Source: Spirochaetaceae bacterium
GTDB taxonomy: Bacteria > Spirochaetota > Spirochaetia > DSM-2461
DNA: 64,000 nucleotides
Assembly: GCA_965224705.1 (NCBI GenBank)
Contig: OZ245056.1
Location: 2,528,001 to 2,592,000, forward strand
Direction: 5' to 3'
The translations under genes were made by a program, and so were the position numbers. Under the pieces are notes generated by a model. That model searched no databases. It was not told the origin of the DNA and saw nothing but the letters and a program-made list of their open reading frames with translations. Positions within the stretch are counted from its first letter, which is position 1. The number at the start of each line of letters is the position of its first letter. Shown piece by piece: positions 39,423 through 48,695 of this stretch.

Positions 39423-40982
39423 TCAGTTCTCAGATTGTACAGGTGTCAGAATATCACTGAGATCATCGTGAAAGATGGATGGTATGGACATGATTTTTCT
39501 TGTATAGATTTCTCTGATCTCCTTGCTATCTTCACTGAAAATTTTTTCCAGAAGAAGAGCGGTATTGACATCATTTTCATTGTAGGAAAAAACTGCCTTC
39601 CCCAACTGAACAAATACATCTCTGTGGAGAGTTTTGTCATTTCTATCGATGTAACTGAGCTTAATAAATCCGGTAAACTCCTCATTTGAAACGGCTGCAA
39701 TCTGAAACCTGTCAAGCTTCATCTTTGAAAGAGCCGTCAGCTTTGGTTCCTTGAAAGTTCGGATATTATTCTCAGTAATAACAGCAGCTCTTGAATTGGT
39801 GATGATATAGGACTTTGAACTCCAGCCATTATCTCCGTCAGGAAATTCAATGTGGCTGAAATCTACATTGTCATACTTCATTTCACGTCCGGTTGTGTAG
39901 ACAGTTTCTCCCATTTCAAGATATTTATGGGGTATTAAACGCTCATTTCCCTGTTCGTCTTTCACCAGTTTTCTGTAAGAGAGCCCCTGATAGAGGTTAA
40001 TGGATGGAACTCCTTCTCCAGTATAGGTGCTCTTATCATCGAGAGGAGGTCTCAGGGATATTTTTTCTCTAAGAGGTGTATCAAGGGTGAGGATTTCAGT
40101 TTGAATCCATCCAGAATTTTCATCATCAAAAATGACAGGATACCAGTCCATTGCATTCCCCTCTTCCAGGGGATTCACAGCGAGAACCCGCATTTCTGCC
40201 CAGCCTTCAATTCTGTCTGAATTCATATCGGGTTCTGCATAGAGATGCCCTTCTGAGATCAGATTGATATTCACATTGAAAATAGATCCTGTCGAAATGG
40301 CCAGGATGAAGAAGTCTGATCGTTGTTCAGGATATCTGAAAGCCTTCAAGGTGAGTTGAGCAGCACCAATATCACTTCCATTGACTGATAGTTTATCATA
40401 TTCAATGTAGAGTGTTTCAGGGTTTGAAATTTTATCTCCATCATACCAGGAGAAAGTGATTTGTGCGAATCCATTTGTTTGCCCCTGTTCAAGGGATACT
40501 GCGACAATTTGACCGCTGGGAACCGTTCTATTGACGGGGGTTGTTATCATGTTTTTTTTATAGAGCCATGCTTTTTCGACAACAACGGCGCTGATAGCAT
40601 TTTTAGCCAGTCGAAAGGTGGACACCCATCCAGTTGTGCCGTCACTGAGTTCCACTCTGGAATAATCGTAGGAATTGCTGTCGCCTGACAGTTCCTTATC
40701 GATTCCAAGGTACGTTAATTCCGTTCCCATATCCAGTTGATTCAGTGATCCAGATATTGATTCCCCATCCCTGGAATCCCAGACAACGGCCTCATCCCTG
40801 AGTACAACGGCCGGGATATGGATTTCAGTCTCAGGAGGTTCCTTTTTTGATTCATCCGGTTCTTCCAGGGCATTTGCGGCTTTTAGCGTTTCACGGCCTG
40901 AATCAGTCTTTTTAGTATCCTGACAGGATGTCATTAACAAAAAACATGTCAGCAAGGCTATTCTACTCAAAAACTGCATCAC
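39423..40982 (-). CDS. Lipoprotein with duplicated SH3b-like modules
   Basis: LLMTS-C lipobox; two similar halves (DGTTGWVS / DGDNGWSS). Confidence 0.8.
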   Translation of the reverse strand: MMQFLSRIALLTCFLLMTSCQDTKKTDSGRETLKAANALEEPDESKKEPPETEIHIPAVVLRDEAVVWDSRDGESISGSLNQLDMGTELTYLGIDKELSGDSNSYDYSRVELSDGTTGWVSTFRLAKNAISAVVVEKAWLYKKNMITTPVNRTVPSGQIVAVSLEQGQTNGFAQITFSWYDGDKISNPETLYIEYDKLSVNGSDIGAAQLTLKAFRYPEQRSDFFILAISTGSIFNVNINLISEGHLYAEPDMNSDRIEGWAEMRVLAVNPLEEGNAMDWYPVIFDDENSGWIQTEILTLDTPLREKISLRPPLDDKSTYTGEGVPSINLYQGLSYRKLVKDEQGNERLIPHKYLEMGETVYTTGREMKYDNVDFSHIEFPDGDNGWSSKSYIITNSRAAVITENNIRTFKEPKLTALSKMKLDRFQIAAVSNEEFTGFIKLSYIDRNDKTLHRDVFVQLGKAVFSYNENDVNTALLLEKIFSEDSKEIREIYTRKIMSIPSIFHDDLSDILTPVQSEN

Positions 40983-41008
40983 TGGTTCTTCCTCATACAG
41001 TAGGTTAG

Positions 41009-41170
41009 GAGTCTGTCGGACTTTAAGACTTCAAGGCGATTTTTGATGATTTTTTTTCCGATACAAGGCGGCAAAAGCAGAGCGTAGCTGAGCTCCGTGA
41101 GCATTTTGACAACGCGGTAGCGGGAAAAAAGGGCAAAAATCGAGCCGTGAGGCGTAAGTCCGACAGACTC
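41009..41170 (-). mobile_element. MITE family 1, copy 5 (162 bp)
   Basis: Perfect TIRs; TTAG/TTAG duplication. Confidence 0.92.
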
Positions 41171-41245
41171 TTAGAGTACAGGACTCAGGGAAACAACACA
41201 AGTATTCATTCCTAAAGATGCTTTTCTATTGGACGACGAGAGAAC

Positions 41246-42070
41246 TCATGAAGATTTTTTCAATCCCAGAATTTTCCGTGCTTCTGCGGGTGAGGCCACT
41301 TCCCGTTCCAGGTCTTTTGCAATCTGTATTACACGGTTAACCAGAATCTTATTGTCCGCCGGTATGCTTCCGGAATACGTAAGTGTATCTTCAAGACCGG
41401 TACGGACATGACCGCCCAGTAAAATACCTGCAGTGATCATGGATACATGAGCCCTTCCAATACCGCATACGGTCCATGTTGAATTTTTGGGGATTATTTC
41501 AGTCATGAACAGAAGATTCTTGATAGTTCCCTGAATGGATCCGGGCACGTTCATCACCATGTTGAAATGAAGGGAATCTTTGAGTATGCCTTTTTTCAGT
41601 AAGAAAGAGGCATTGGAAATCATGCCGCAGTCGAAGGCCTCTATTTCAGGTTTTATTCCGTGTGAGTACATTTTTTCAGCCAGTGCGTGAATAAGTTTGG
41701 GTGAATTTGCATTGATGGAAGAAGGAAAATTGGATGAACCGGTGGCCAGACTGGCCATCTCAAAGGGCAGATCCAGCATCTGACCCCGGCACTCAATTGT
41801 GTTATCCCCCCCTCGTGCACCGGTTGAACACTGGGTGATTACATCAAGTTGACGGCGGTGAATCTCGTTGAGAATCGCCTCAAAACACCTGCGGTCATGG
41901 GTTGGGTTTCCAGACTCATCCCGTGCATGGATATGGGCGATGGAAATTCCCTGTTCCAAACCAGTTTCAATCTGGTCTGCTATCTCAGCGGCGGTTATCG
42001 GAGTTGATGAATTGAGAGCCTTTGTGGGTACATTTCCAGTCAGAGCCAGAGTTATTATAAGTTTTTGCAT
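41246..42070 (-). CDS. Beta-keto acid cleavage enzyme (BKACE/Kce, DUF849 family)
   Basis: LIITLALTG, AHIHAR, STG, GSSNF, KPEIEAFD, GGHVRTGLED. Confidence 0.93.
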   Translation of the reverse strand: MQKLIITLALTGNVPTKALNSSTPITAAEIADQIETGLEQGISIAHIHARDESGNPTHDRRCFEAILNEIHRRQLDVITQCSTGARGGDNTIECRGQMLDLPFEMASLATGSSNFPSSINANSPKLIHALAEKMYSHGIKPEIEAFDCGMISNASFLLKKGILKDSLHFNMVMNVPGSIQGTIKNLLFMTEIIPKNSTWTVCGIGRAHVSMITAGILLGGHVRTGLEDTLTYSGSIPADNKILVNRVIQIAKDLEREVASPAEARKILGLKKSS

Positions 42071-42097
42071 AATGGATTGCCTTCCCTCCGCAGTTAT

Positions 42098-43465
42098 TCA
42101 CCGGCAGAATGATTCTAATTTCTCCGCGCAGCGATTCAACGTCTTCTCAAGTCGATGAAGGAGCATATCTGTTTCTTCGCGAGTGATATTTATTGGCGGA
42201 GCCAGGAGGAAGTGATCGCCGAGATTTCCCGGAGCTGATTCACCGCCGGGGTAGAGTACAATGCCTTCTTCCAGACCAATTTCCATCACAAGCTGACTGG
42301 CATTGATTGAGGCGTCAAATGGTTCCTTTGACTCTTTGTTTTTGACTAATTCAACACCAACCATCAATCCTTTGCCTCGAATGTCTCCAATCACAGGATT
42401 GTCGGCCAGGCTCTTCATCTTCAAAATAAGGTATTCTCCCTGAATCGCCGAGTTTTTAACATACTCTTCACGCTCAATGATTTCCAGCACCTTATGTGCA
42501 ATACCGCATGAGAGAGGATTGCCGGCAAAGGTGTAGCCGTGAACAAACACTCCCGATCCCTTGAGCATGATTGTATCAAAAACTTTGTCAGAAGCAACAG
42601 CGGCACCAATGGGGGTGTAGCCGCAGGATAAACCCTTGGCTAAAGTCATTATATCGGCCTGAACATCATAATGGTTGGAGCCGAATTTCTTGCCAGTACG
42701 GCCAATTCCGGACATCACCTCATCAATGATCAGGAGAATATCATACCTATCACAGATTTCTCTCACCATATCAAAGTAGATTTTTGTAGGATGGGCTCCG
42801 GGAGCGGCAGCCCCTACAACGGGCTCGGTAATAAATGCCGAAACAGTATCAGGATCCTGATTAATGATTTCTTCTTCAAGGACCTGTGCCGCTTTGATAC
42901 TGGTTTCTTCCAGTGTTTTACAGTTCCAGGGATTTCGATAGTGGTAGAACTGTTGTATTTGAGGAAACCCAACATTCAATATGGGGCCAAAAGGGCGGCG
43001 GCGGCCCCATACACCGGTCAGGGAGAGGGCTCCCAGTGTGCTCCCATGGTAGGCATTCCACTTTGAGATAATTTTCCATTTCTTTGAATTGATTCCATTG
43101 CGTTCCACAAAGTATTGCCGGGCCATTTTAAGAGCGGTCTCAATGGCTTCCGATCCACCGGAAACAAAGTAAACATGATCAAGGGACCCAGGAGTCCAGC
43201 TCGATAATTTTTCCGCACAGTTCTCAATGGAGTCCACTGTCCATCTGGAAAGATGGGTGTAGGCAATTCTTTCTATGTGCTCTTTAGCATAGGCAGCAAT
43301 TTCTTTGTTGCCATGGCCAATATTCGCAACCGCCGCCCCCGAACATGCATCAATGTATGAATTGCCTGAATCATCAAACAGGTGAATGCCTTTACCGTGT
43401 GTGATCCTCGGGTAACTCCAATTCTGATTCCGATAGAATACATTATTCTCAGGAGCTTGTTTCAT
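42098..43465 (-). CDS. Class-III PLP-dependent aminotransferase
   Basis: IDACSGA, SGGSEA, YHGST, DEVMSGIGRTG, AKG, HGYT; ATG at 43465 (the ORF-track extension is MITE sequence). Confidence 0.93.
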   Translation of the reverse strand: MKQAPENNVFYRNQNWSYPRITHGKGIHLFDDSGNSYIDACSGAAVANIGHGNKEIAAYAKEHIERIAYTHLSRWTVDSIENCAEKLSSWTPGSLDHVYFVSGGSEAIETALKMARQYFVERNGINSKKWKIISKWNAYHGSTLGALSLTGVWGRRRPFGPILNVGFPQIQQFYHYRNPWNCKTLEETSIKAAQVLEEEIINQDPDTVSAFITEPVVGAAAPGAHPTKIYFDMVREICDRYDILLIIDEVMSGIGRTGKKFGSNHYDVQADIMTLAKGLSCGYTPIGAAVASDKVFDTIMLKGSGVFVHGYTFAGNPLSCGIAHKVLEIIEREEYVKNSAIQGEYLILKMKSLADNPVIGDIRGKGLMVGVELVKNKESKEPFDASINASQLVMEIGLEEGIVLYPGGESAPGNLGDHFLLAPPINITREETDMLLHRLEKTLNRCAEKLESFCR

Positions 43466-43484
43466 AAATCTGGTTTTCTGCCAG

Positions 43485-43645
43485 GAGTCTGTCGAACTTT
43501 GAGACTTCGAGGCGATTTTTGATAATTTTTTCCTGATGCAAGGCGACAAAAACGGAGCGTAGCTGGGCTACGTGAGTATTTTGGTAACGCAGCAGCAGGG
43601 CAAAAGGGCAAAAATCGAGCCGTGAGGCGTAAGTCCGACAGGCTC
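43485..43645 (-). mobile_element. MITE family 1, copy 6 (161 bp)
   Basis: TIRs; flanks CCAG/CTAG; abuts TAG of the upstream gene. Confidence 0.9.
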
Positions 43646-44290
43646 CTAGTTCTCAGGAGCATTCAATTGCTCTCCTTGATTTTCGGGAGGTAGTTTATTC
43701 CCTGTTGAACCTGCATTTTCCCTGTCGCTGCTGTTGCCGAATTTCATTATTTCCCCCGTATAGGGGCTGTATATGTAATCCGGATTAAACTTATTGCCGT
43801 TTGAATCAATTTTGAAGCTGCCGATATCAGGTCCAAATTCAATGGCAGTAATTGATTTACTCCAGATTCGGTTGCTTACCAGTTCGTTGTTAACAGGATC
43901 AGATTTCTTATACACTATGTATTTGTCATCCCGTTTAAAGAGACTGTCTGGATTGGCTATAATCATGTATTCCTTGCTGCCTGTATCATTGGCGGCCAGT
44001 ATTTCAGGTCTTAAAACAATTTTTCCTTCAAGCCACCATTCTTCTTCATTATCCCATTTGGTGATTTCCAACCGCTTTATATCGTTAATCACTATATTGC
44101 TTTTAACACGTTCCCCATCATCCAGTATTATAGTAACGTTCCATTTTTTGCCGAAGTTGGCGAGGATTTCGTCTACTTTGATGACTTTGGATTTGCTTGT
44201 ATAGATCACAGCTCTGCCTCTATCTTCCAATCCATATACATGCAGTGCAAGAACACCAGTAAGAAGTAGCAGCATAGTATTTCTTTTCAT
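43646..44290 (-). CDS. Hypothetical exported protein
   Basis: Signal peptide MKRNTMLLLLTGVLALHVYG; SD GGAGG. Confidence 0.8.
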   Translation of the reverse strand: MKRNTMLLLLTGVLALHVYGLEDRGRAVIYTSKSKVIKVDEILANFGKKWNVTIILDDGERVKSNIVINDIKRLEITKWDNEEEWWLEGKIVLRPEILAANDTGSKEYMIIANPDSLFKRDDKYIVYKKSDPVNNELVSNRIWSKSITAIEFGPDIGSFKIDSNGNKFNPDYIYSPYTGEIMKFGNSSDRENAGSTGNKLPPENQGEQLNAPEN

Positions 44291-44540
44291 ATAGAGCCTC
44301 CGCCTGTCCCAAAGTATTTCATATAATTAAACATCAAGTTTATGATTGTCAAGATTGCTACCATAGATTATCGACGATTAATGCTATTGTGATAACCCGT
44401 TTTTATTTCAGTTCCAGTTGTACCAGGATATTCCAGGAGGACGACTCCATGGGACACCAGAATCCTTTTTTGCTTTCATCAGGAGAAAGTTGTATTTCAC
44501 CGGTCTTTTCATGATCGACTGGTTCTGGCATACTTCGCTC

Positions 44541-45020
44541 ATGTACCGAATTATGTTCATTTGCACCGGCAACATTTGCCGGAGTCCTCTTGCCCATGGT
44601 CTGATGGAAAAACTGATTAAGGATAATGATCTGGAATCTCATTTCTTTGTTGAATCGAGCGGCACTGATGCCTGGCATTCTGGTGAACAGGTCGATTCCC
44701 GAATGAGGGAAACAGCGAAACGACATGGTGTACACCTGAATCATTATTCGCGTCAGTTTGTTCAATCGGATCTTTCTGATTATGATTTACTTCTCGTCAT
44801 GGATCGTGGTCACTACCGGGAAGCAGCGAGGAAGGCAGGAAATCCAGTGAAGCTGAAAAAAATTGTAATGTTTCGAGATTTTGATCCTCAGGGACCGGGG
44901 GATGTGCCGGATCCATGGTATGGGGATATGGATGGTTTTGAAGAAGTATGGATGATTACTGAGAGAACCTGTCATGCCCTCTTCAAGGAACTCAGGCAGA
45001 AAGTCGTATCAAACGGGTAG
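44541..45020 (+). CDS. Low-molecular-weight protein-tyrosine phosphatase
   Basis: CTGNICRS P-loop, DPWYG; ATG 44541. Confidence 0.94.
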   Translation: MYRIMFICTGNICRSPLAHGLMEKLIKDNDLESHFFVESSGTDAWHSGEQVDSRMRETAKRHGVHLNHYSRQFVQSDLSDYDLLLVMDRGHYREAARKAGNPVKLKKIVMFRDFDPQGPGDVPDPWYGDMDGFEEVWMITERTCHALFKELRQKVVSNG

Positions 45021-45116
45021 TTTCATTGCCTGAAATTCCTTGACTGCTTCGCTCCTTGTAGCTGAAAGAATTAAAAGGGTCTTTATCTGATTGTTCCAAA
45101 AAAATATACTGATGAA

Positions 45117-46328
45117 ATGAAATCTGGGAAAATTCAATTATATTCTATCGTTTTCGTCATATCTCTTCTCGTTCTAATCCTGCTCCTTGGGTTTGGGATA
45201 ATCAGTTTTGATTCAGGCCGGAATGAAGAAGCTTCCCGAAGCCTGCCGGTTTCAGGCTCCCCTGATTTTGAATTTCAGGAAAGTGAAATTGACACCGTAG
45301 CCAATACTCCTTTGACAGAGAACTACACCCAGGATGAAATTGAGAATATTGCAGTCTATGACAAACTGAATGAGGGCGTTGTCAACATCACAACGGAGGT
45401 GATGGGCTATAACTGGTTTCTGGAGCCAGTCCCCAGGGAAGGTTCATCGGGTTCTGGTTCCATCATTGATGTTCGGGGATACATACTGACCAATAACCAT
45501 GTCGTGGAAAAAGCCTATAAGGTTAATGTTACTCTTGCTGATGGGGAAACTTTTGAAGGTGAGGTTATTGGCTCAGATCAGGAAAACGATCTGGCCGTTG
45601 TGAAAATCGATCCGGGGAACCACAGGGTGACGACAATCCCGTTTGGAAAATCATCGGGACTGAAAGTTGGCCAGAAAGTATTGGCTATCGGGAATCCATT
45701 CGCCTTTGAACGCACTCTCACAACCGGCATCATTTCCGGACTCGGACGGCCCCTTAAAAATGACAGAGGCATTGTTCTCCAGGATCTCATTCAAACCGAT
45801 GCATCGATTAATCCCGGCAATTCAGGGGGGCCATTACTCAATGCCCGTGGAGAGCTTATTGGTGTTAATACAATGATTTATACACCATCGGGAGGGTCTG
45901 TTGGCATTGGATTCGCTGTTCCTGTTGATACGGCCTTGAGAATCGTTCCCGATCTTATTGAATATGGATATGTACGACGCGGCTGGATTGACATAGAGCC
46001 AGTCCAACTGTTTCCTTCCCTGGTCCGTTATGCGAGATTAAGTGTGGACCAGGGGATTCTTGTCTCACGGGTTAAGGCTGGCGGCAATGCTGAATCGGCC
46101 GGTATACAGGGGGGGAAAACCAACAGAGCTGTACGAAGCGGTTCCACAGTTATCTATCTGGGGGGGGATATCATTGTTGGTATTAATGGTGAAAACATCA
46201 CTTCTCTGGGTGATCTTTATGTGGCGCTGGAACGCTCCCGACCCGGGAATGAGGTAACGGTAAACCTGATCAGGGGAAGAAAGAGAATTGATGTTGACTT
46301 GATATTGTCGAATCGAAATGGAAGTTGA
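45117..46328 (+). CDS. HtrA/DegP-family serine protease with PDZ domain
   Basis: TNNHVV, DLAVVK, GNSGGPL; N-terminal TM. Confidence 0.95.
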   Translation: MKSGKIQLYSIVFVISLLVLILLLGFGIISFDSGRNEEASRSLPVSGSPDFEFQESEIDTVANTPLTENYTQDEIENIAVYDKLNEGVVNITTEVMGYNWFLEPVPREGSSGSGSIIDVRGYILTNNHVVEKAYKVNVTLADGETFEGEVIGSDQENDLAVVKIDPGNHRVTTIPFGKSSGLKVGQKVLAIGNPFAFERTLTTGIISGLGRPLKNDRGIVLQDLIQTDASINPGNSGGPLLNARGELIGVNTMIYTPSGGSVGIGFAVPVDTALRIVPDLIEYGYVRRGWIDIEPVQLFPSLVRYARLSVDQGILVSRVKAGGNAESAGIQGGKTNRAVRSGSTVIYLGGDIIVGINGENITSLGDLYVALERSRPGNEVTVNLIRGRKRIDVDLILSNRNGS

Positions 46329-46329
46329 G

Positions 46330-48318
46330 ATGGTCGGGAAATTCAGGACCGAAGCACCTTTTGAACCGACAGGAGATCAGCCATCGGCCATTGAAACGCT
46401 TTCTGAAGGTTTGATGTCCGGTATTAGCAATCAAACTCTACTGGGAGTAACTGGTTCCGGGAAAACCTACACAATGGCAAAAACCATTGAGAAGGTTCAA
46501 TTGCCGGCACTTGTTATCTGCCATAATAAAACTCTTGCGGCTCAACTCTACAGGGAATTCAAGGAATTCTTTCCTGACAATGCGGTGGAATATTTTGTTT
46601 CCTATTTTGATTACTATCAGCCGGAAGCCTATCTTCCATCCCGCGATCTCTACATTGAGAAGGATTCCAGTGTCAATGAAGAAATTGAGCGGATGCGACT
46701 TTCAGCCACCATGAGTCTCATGGAAAGAAACGATGTGATCATTGTTGCGACGGTGTCCTGTATTTACGGTTTGGGCAGTACGGAGACCTACAGGGACATG
46801 GTTTTGGAAATCCACTCCGGCGATGAGATTGATGTCCATAAATTTCGCATGGAACTGGTGAACATGCAGTATCAGCGCAATGATTCTGTTCTTGAACGTG
46901 GAAAATTCCGCATACGGGGGGATGTCATTGAGATCTATCCAGCCAACCTCGACAAAATCGCTTACAGGATAAGCCTTGATTTTGACCGGGTGGATGGAAT
47001 TGATAGAATCCACACTGTAACCGGAGAGGTAATCGAACCCCTTGAAATGACTAAAATCTATGCGGCCAAGCATTTTGTGATGCCCGAAAAACGTGTTGAA
47101 ATTGCGGTGAATACCATACAGAAAGAGCTGGAAGATCGATTGGAAACTCTGGAGGTTCAGGGAAAAACAATGGAAGCCCAGCGTCTTAAAACACGGGTGG
47201 AATATGACCTGGAGATGCTTGCTGAGATGGGTTATTGCTCCGGTATAGAGAATTACAGCCGTCACCTTACAGGGCGTATGCCTGGAGAACAACCGGAAGT
47301 TCTTCTTGATTACTTCCCTGAAAGATTTATCACATTTGTCGATGAATCCCATGTTACTTTGTCGCAGATAAGGGCAATGTATGCCGGAGATAGATCTCGA
47401 AAACTCAATCTGGTTGATTTTGGTTTCCGCCTGCCATCGGCCCTCGATAACAGACCTCTGGTTTACGATGAATTCGAGCGTCAGCTTGATAAGGTTGTGT
47501 ATGTTTCTGCAACTCCCGGCAGAGAAGAAAGGGAGAAGAGTCAGGTTATTGTTGAGCAATTGATCCGTCCTACCGGGTTGCTTGATCCGCCCATAGAGGT
47601 GAGGTCAAGTCAGGGACAGATCGAAGATCTCTACGGAGAGATCCAGAACAGTATTGAACGAGATGAGCGGGTACTGGTTACCACTCTTACGAAAAGGATG
47701 GCCGAGGAATTAACTGATTATCTTAACGGTTCTGGTTTGAGAGCAAGGTATCTGCACAGTGAGGTGGAAACCATTGAAAGAGTTGAAATCATACGCGATC
47801 TCCGCAGGGGATTATTCAATGTTCTGGTAGGAATCAATTTGCTCCGGGAGGGACTGGATATACCCGAAGTGGCACTGGTCGCCATAATAGATGCGGATAA
47901 AATTGGGTTTCTCCGCAGCGAGACAAGTCTAATACAGACAATTGGCCGTACAGCCAGAAATGTCAATGGAAAAGTGATAATGTATGCGGACGATATGAGC
48001 GAAGCGATGAAGAATGCCATCGTAGAAACCGACAGGCGGCGGAGCATTCAAACAGCCTATAATGAAGCGAATGGCATCACTCCCCAATCCATCCGTAAAG
48101 AGATACAGGACATCCTTGTACGTAAAAGTGAGAGCAAACGTAAAGCTGAGCAGATGAGCATTGATGTGATGAAGGAATCCACCAATCTTCTGGACCTCAA
48201 ACAGAAAAAACGTTTAATAAAAGCTCTTGAAAACGAGATGACAGAACGGGCGAGGAATCTGGAATACGAAGAAGCCGCTGTTCTCAGGGATGAAATCAAA
48301 AAACTACGGGAATCTTGA
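46330..48318 (+). CDS. uvrB: Excinuclease ABC subunit B
   Basis: GVTGSGKT, YYQPEAY, DESH, GINLLREGLD, C-terminal UVR domain. Confidence 0.98.
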   Translation: MVGKFRTEAPFEPTGDQPSAIETLSEGLMSGISNQTLLGVTGSGKTYTMAKTIEKVQLPALVICHNKTLAAQLYREFKEFFPDNAVEYFVSYFDYYQPEAYLPSRDLYIEKDSSVNEEIERMRLSATMSLMERNDVIIVATVSCIYGLGSTETYRDMVLEIHSGDEIDVHKFRMELVNMQYQRNDSVLERGKFRIRGDVIEIYPANLDKIAYRISLDFDRVDGIDRIHTVTGEVIEPLEMTKIYAAKHFVMPEKRVEIAVNTIQKELEDRLETLEVQGKTMEAQRLKTRVEYDLEMLAEMGYCSGIENYSRHLTGRMPGEQPEVLLDYFPERFITFVDESHVTLSQIRAMYAGDRSRKLNLVDFGFRLPSALDNRPLVYDEFERQLDKVVYVSATPGREEREKSQVIVEQLIRPTGLLDPPIEVRSSQGQIEDLYGEIQNSIERDERVLVTTLTKRMAEELTDYLNGSGLRARYLHSEVETIERVEIIRDLRRGLFNVLVGINLLREGLDIPEVALVAIIDADKIGFLRSETSLIQTIGRTARNVNGKVIMYADDMSEAMKNAIVETDRRRSIQTAYNEANGITPQSIRKEIQDILVRKSESKRKAEQMSIDVMKESTNLLDLKQKKRLIKALENEMTERARNLEYEEAAVLRDEIKKLRES

Positions 48319-48695
48319 TCATTCAATTGGGTATGGCAGTCTTTTTATTTTTCATGATCAGTATGACATCCTGCAAACCGGAAAAACTCCCTGTCAATCT
48401 TGATCCCCCGCCAACACCTGTTCTCACCTCCCAGTCTATCTGGGGTGTTGTCAATAAACCCTACCTCAAACTCATGAAGAGTCCGAGCATGGAAACCGAT
48501 GTGACTGGAGTGTTGAGAAGGGGATATATTGCTCAGGTGATCACCAAGGTTGAAGATACAGATGGAAGCGGCTACTGGCTTGAAATCATTCTGCCCGAAT
48601 CTCAGATGAAGGGCTGGGTCAGAGATATTGATTTTGATGTCTACGACACCGAACCCCAGGCCAGGACAGCCCGGGAAGCTATGCTGGTAGAATAA
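48315..48695 (+). CDS. SH3-like lipoprotein
   Basis: MTS-C lipobox; WLEI...GWV. Confidence 0.75.
   Translation: MIIQLGMAVFLFFMISMTSCKPEKLPVNLDPPPTPVLTSQSIWGVVNKPYLKLMKSPSMETDVTGVLRRGYIAQVITKVEDTDGSGYWLEIILPESQMKGWVRDIDFDVYDTEPQARTAREAMLVE

Noticed and set aside
30707..43645. Integron cassette array with attC sites
   Set aside because: Repeats have TIRs and 4-bp duplications, lack RYYYAAC/GTTRRRY cores, also follow core genes, and no integrase is present
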